IMG/VR virus record: IMGVR_UViG_3300048024_000800
Span: 10,952-74,951 of that record
Source of the DNA: a virus
Taxonomy: Duplodnaviria; Caudoviricetes
Direction: 5' to 3' (one strand)
Length of the DNA: 64,000 bases
The translations under genes and the position numbers were made by a program. Position 1 is the stretch's first letter, and every line of letters begins with the position of its first letter. Positions 60,449 to 64,000 of this stretch are shown in pieces. Under the pieces are notes generated by a model. It ran no database searches. It was not told the origin of the DNA and saw nothing but the letters and a program-made list of their open reading frames with translations.

Positions 60449-63168
60449 AGAAATATACTTGGTGTTTCGCGGGTCAGATTCACAAACAAGGTGATCGCGA
60501 AAAAATGATTGAATCATTGAAGAAATGCAATGGCGAATATCATATTCATGTAGCCGAGGGTTGGCAATCGGGCGATTCTTTGAGCACTCAAGAATATAAA
60601 AAAATATTAGAGCAATCAATTTTCGTACCATGTCCTCGCGGTAATACGAGTGTTGACACTTTTAGATTGTACGAATCGCTTGAGGTTGGTGCAATTCCAA
60701 TTGTTGAAAAAGATGATTATTGGCGCAATCTACTTGGCGAACATCCTCTCATTGAAACTGCATCTTGGAACAACATATCAAATGATATCAACATACTTCT
60801 TGAAAATTCAGAGTGGGTAGTCGAGCATTCTAAGCGAGTACAATCTTGGTGGAACGAATATAAAAAACAATTGAAGCAAAAAATATCAAACATAATCTCC
60901 GCGAAAAGTAAACCTACTCAAAATAAAATTTATGATGTATGCTTTTGTTGCGATGAAAATTTAATAGAATATGCAATTAATCCCATAAATGCAATATCCG
61001 AAAAAAATGCAAATAATAATGTCATTATTCATTTTATTTATTCAGGGAAAGGAGGTGATTTACATTATATAGAAAATGCATTAGTCGATAAATCAAATAT
61101 TGTACTTAAAAAATATATTGTAGATCCTCTTGATATTTCTGTTAATAAAACATGGAGATCAATCGAGCATTTATCAAGTGCAACCAATTTAAAATTACAG
61201 ATTCCAGATATATTAAAAGATATTGATAGGGTTATATATTTTGATGTAGATACTATTCCCTATATAGATTTAAAAGAATTTGATGACGTAAAAACAGATA
61301 TATGCGGAATCGCAATGCGTCAGGAAATTAAAAATGGTTGGCGAACATTTAATGGATCAAAAAGAACTGTAACAGAAAATAAAAACCCTATTGATTTCGG
61401 TGATCGAGTTATTGGAAATTCTGGAGTTATGGTTTTGGACTTAGAAAGCCTAAGAAAAAATAAATTTACAGATTTTTGCATAAAAGAAAAAATTAAAAAT
61501 AATTATAAAATCCCCTTAACAGGAGGAGACCAAGACCTAATAAATATATATTGTAAGTGTAATTTCGACACACTACCCAAAGAATTAAATATACTCGTTT
61601 CTGATCAATTAAAAGATGTTACTAATGATTGTTTTAAATTGCAGCAATACATCACATCCCAAAAAGATGGAGTTCACCTATTGAAAAAAGGTAGTACAAC
61701 CCAACATAGCCAGGGAGTGTTGCATTTTATTGGAAAACATAAACCCTGGAATAGCGATTGCTTAGGGTCTGAGTTTTGGCGGAAGTTTAGTTTGGTAAAT
61801 GAAGATATAAGTTTGCACGAAAGAGCTCCAGGAGAAATCGTAGATTATTTTAATATAGATTGTCAATTAACCAATAAAAACTTATCTAGCATTGTTAAAG
61901 AAATTCAAGATAAAAAATGTAATTGTAATATGCTCGTTTTCGGACTAGGTAAAGATAGTGTTATATATGATACAGTCAATAAAGGATATACATTATTCTT
62001 AGAAACGAATCAGGCGTGGATAGACTTAAATCAAAACATAAAAAATAAAATTCTATATAATTTCCCAACAACTGTTAAAGATAGTCTTCCTATAAATAAA
62101 GACTATTTAAATGAGTTTGATATGCCTGATTTTATAGCAAAAACAAAATGGGATATCATTCTTGTCGACGCTCCTCCTGGAGATAGGTTTGAGGCTCCCG
62201 GTCGAGCTTTGCCTATATACTGGTCTAGTCAAATTGTAAAAAAGTCCCAAGCAACTGTTTTTATTGATGATTGCCGTAGAGATTTAGAGAAGGAATATTG
62301 CGATGAGTTTTTTCCTGAAATTAACTTTGATATGAGACGTGATGCTAAAAGAGGTGAATTTAGGGCGTATAAGCAAAAACAAAAGAATTCTCAAATTAAT
62401 CCGCGAAAACACAAAGAATTTTTAAAATTAAGAAATGAATGGTCTAACTTAGTTGACTGCGATTACCTTAAATACATAAGTAAACATTTAAATCAAATAC
62501 ATATACCAAAAGAAAAATTTACAGTTTATAATTCAGGAAAGAAAATTGCGATTGTTAGTTTGTACACTCCTGAAATTGCAGATTATGCGATATGTTCTGA
62601 GATGAGTGTGAGAGATTATTGTTTGGCAAATGGATATACATTTTATGTTTATCGCGAAAAACTACAAGCTGATGCTAGCGCAAATTGGTCGAAAGCGCGC
62701 GCAATTCTCAATCACCTTGATGATCATGAAGATATTGTGTGGATGGATTCAGACACAATCATATACAATCCAAAAAAACGTTTTGAAGATATACTCGCTA
62801 AATGCACTGACACAAAAAAAATTATTGCATGTGAAGATATCGGCGCAAACAACAAAAAAATTGCCAAAGGTATGATGCTTAATAGTGGGGTTGTCATTTT
62901 TAGAAATCATAATTATACAAAAAACATAATTAAAAAATGGATGAATGCAGATTGCGACAAAAGTAGTTTGTATGCAAGCGGCGGCGATCAAGGGGTATTG
63001 TGCGATATATTAAAAAAGAGCGATGGATTTGGATTTAATAGAAAAATATTTGAAATGAACGAATTCAACACGGACCCAAGGTTAGTAAACGAAGATACAT
63101 TTATATTACATTTTATGGCCTATCCATATGAATTAAAAAAAATATTCATGAGCTATTGGTGCAGCTAA
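60445..63168 (+). CDS. Multidomain glycan enzyme: exostosin/GT47-like C-terminal half, GT8, DUF579-like polysaccharide methyltransferase and GT34
   Basis: WCFAG..SIFVPCPRGN..DTFRLYESLE.GAIP; RVIYFDVD..NSGVMVLDL..GDQDLIN..LHF.G.HKPW (GT8); LVFGLGKDS..FLE..WDIILVDAP.G...PGR (DUF579); WSK..I..VWMDSD..LNSGV..DQG..FILHF (GT34). Confidence 0.85.
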   Translation: MKKYTWCFAGQIHKQGDREKMIESLKKCNGEYHIHVAEGWQSGDSLSTQEYKKILEQSIFVPCPRGNTSVDTFRLYESLEVGAIPIVEKDDYWRNLLGEHPLIETASWNNISNDINILLENSEWVVEHSKRVQSWWNEYKKQLKQKISNIISAKSKPTQNKIYDVCFCCDENLIEYAINPINAISEKNANNNVIIHFIYSGKGGDLHYIENALVDKSNIVLKKYIVDPLDISVNKTWRSIEHLSSATNLKLQIPDILKDIDRVIYFDVDTIPYIDLKEFDDVKTDICGIAMRQEIKNGWRTFNGSKRTVTENKNPIDFGDRVIGNSGVMVLDLESLRKNKFTDFCIKEKIKNNYKIPLTGGDQDLINIYCKCNFDTLPKELNILVSDQLKDVTNDCFKLQQYITSQKDGVHLLKKGSTTQHSQGVLHFIGKHKPWNSDCLGSEFWRKFSLVNEDISLHERAPGEIVDYFNIDCQLTNKNLSSIVKEIQDKKCNCNMLVFGLGKDSVIYDTVNKGYTLFLETNQAWIDLNQNIKNKILYNFPTTVKDSLPINKDYLNEFDMPDFIAKTKWDIILVDAPPGDRFEAPGRALPIYWSSQIVKKSQATVFIDDCRRDLEKEYCDEFFPEINFDMRRDAKRGEFRAYKQKQKNSQINPRKHKEFLKLRNEWSNLVDCDYLKYISKHLNQIHIPKEKFTVYNSGKKIAIVSLYTPEIADYAICSEMSVRDYCLANGYTFYVYREKLQADASANWSKARAILNHLDDHEDIVWMDSDTIIYNPKKRFEDILAKCTDTKKIIACEDIGANNKKIAKGMMLNSGVVIFRNHNYTKNIIKKWMNADCDKSSLYASGGDQGVLCDILKKSDGFGFNRKIFEMNEFNTDPRLVNEDTFILHFMAYPYELKKIFMSYWCS

Positions 63169-63248
63169 AACGCCAAAACCCTTTGTTTATCAGGGTTTCA
63201 TAAAAAATAAAAGTTCCCAAAAGCTTTTTTTAAACGTATATAATATTA

Positions 63249-64000
63249 ATGGCAAAGGTATTCCGTACCGAAACATTAAGCCTATCGGACAATATCCGAT
63301 TGGCCTCGAGTGGAGCTGGCGCGTTCGAAATTCAGAGCGCAGGCGGATCCACACTAATGAGTAAAGCTACAATCGAAAGCGATATCTCAAGCTTGCAAGC
63401 TCAGAGAACAATCGACGAAAGTGATACTAACACTGAAATCTCCAGCTTACAAGCTGCAGACGTTAAAAATGAGTCTGACCTTAGTGTTGACGTTTCTAGC
63501 CTTCAAGCTGCAGACGTTAAAAATGAGTCTGACCTTAGCGTTGATATCTCAAGCTTACAAGCGCAGAGAGTAATCGACGAAAGTGATACTAACACTGAAA
63601 TCTCCAGCTTACAAGCTGAAGACGTAAAGAACGAATCCGACCTTAGCGTTGATGTTTCTAGCTTACAAGCTGAAGACGTAAAGAACGAATCCGACCTTAG
63701 CGTTGATGTTTCTAGCTTACAAGCTCAAGACGTAAAGAACGAATCCGACCTTAGCGTTGATGTTTCTAGTCTTCACGCCGTAAACTCTAAAGATACAACA
63801 GATATCTCCAGTTTACAAGCTCAAGACGTAAAGAACGAATCCGACCTTAGCGTTGACATTTCTTCTTTGCAAGCTCAGAGAGTAATCGACGAAAGTGATA
63901 CTAACACTGAAATCTCCAGCTTACAAGCTGAAGACGTAAAGAACGAATCCGACCTTAGTGTTGACGTTTCTAGCCTTCAAGCTGCAGACGTTAAAAACGA
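63249..64000 (+). CDS. Repeat-rich acidic coiled-coil protein, truncated by the window end (absent from the ORF track)
   Basis: ATG 63249: MAKVFRTETLSLSDNIRLASSGAGAFEIQSAGGSTLMSKATIESDI followed by 18-aa repeats; frame open to the end of the window. Confidence 0.9.
   Translation, partial: MAKVFRTETLSLSDNIRLASSGAGAFEIQSAGGSTLMSKATIESDISSLQAQRTIDESDTNTEISSLQAADVKNESDLSVDVSSLQAADVKNESDLSVDISSLQAQRVIDESDTNTEISSLQAEDVKNESDLSVDVSSLQAEDVKNESDLSVDVSSLQAQDVKNESDLSVDVSSLHAVNSKDTTDISSLQAQDVKNESDLSVDISSLQAQRVIDESDTNTEISSLQAEDVKNESDLSVDVSSLQAADVKN
63381..64000 (+). repeat. 54-bp coding tandem repeat array with two unit types
   Basis: Units encode SSLQAxDVKNESDLSVD[VI] and SSLQAQR[TV]IDESDTNTEI, plus one 14-aa unit. 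Confidence 0.95.

Noticed and set aside
60425-60450. Programmed -1 frameshift fusing the two GT polyproteins at AAAGGGTTTAAA
   Set aside because: No in-phase X XXY YYZ heptamer, and the -1 frame has a TAA just before the ATG; ATGA translational coupling explains the junction.
492-62991. Many short antisense or alternate-frame ORFs in the ORF track
   Set aside because: They lie within long, motif-supported genes and show no recognisable protein features; treated as shadow ORFs.
63176-63198. Hairpin AAACCCT-N9-AGGGTTT after the GT operon as a terminator
   Set aside because: Weak stem with a long loop and no clear U-tract; insufficient support.
63381-64000. Possible CRISPR array
   Set aside because: Units are in-frame 54-bp coding repeats with no unique spacers, vary mostly synonymously, and no cas genes are present.
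1-64000. Stop-codon reassignment, tRNA genes, introns/inteins, integrase or transposase
   Set aside because: Genes are long and tightly packed under code 11 with TAA, TAG and TGA all used as stops; intergenic gaps are short; no such motifs were recognised by eye.

Overview
AT-rich (roughly 30-35% GC by eye), gene-dense segment of a large tailed dsDNA phage with a long non-contractile (lambda-type) tail; probably aquatic, and tentatively infecting Verrucomicrobiota (Opitutales). Standard genetic code. (1) 1-33.7 kb, + strand: tail module with a TP901-type tape measure protein (5'-truncated), two tube/hub-like proteins, a greatly enlarged gpM-like protein ending in an HExxH metalloprotease, gpL, a JAB-only gpK, a gpI-gpJ fusion, a ~3860-aa mosaic fibre and an S74-chaperone protein. 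(2) 33.6-47.9 kb, - strand: a Rad52-like annealing protein and a large glycosyl/methyl/nucleotidyl-transferase cluster. (3) An AT-rich divergent-promoter region at ~47.9 kb where strand composition flips. (4) 48-64 kb, + strand: dNMP kinase, sigma factor, SSB, Ser/Asn-rich structural proteins, a tandem DUF2827-like pair, two multi-domain glycosyltransferase polyproteins, and a truncated 18-aa-repeat coiled-coil protein. The most notable observations are a tape measure protein divided by five G-[YH]-[IV]-P-N-[FY] motifs, one cassette resembling a PD-(D/E)xK nuclease; a candidate late-expressed virion glycosylation system; a GTGTA late-promoter motif; and a frame-independent CGCGAAAA motif clustered in the glycan locus. 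All family assignments come from motif recognition by eye; no database searches were run.
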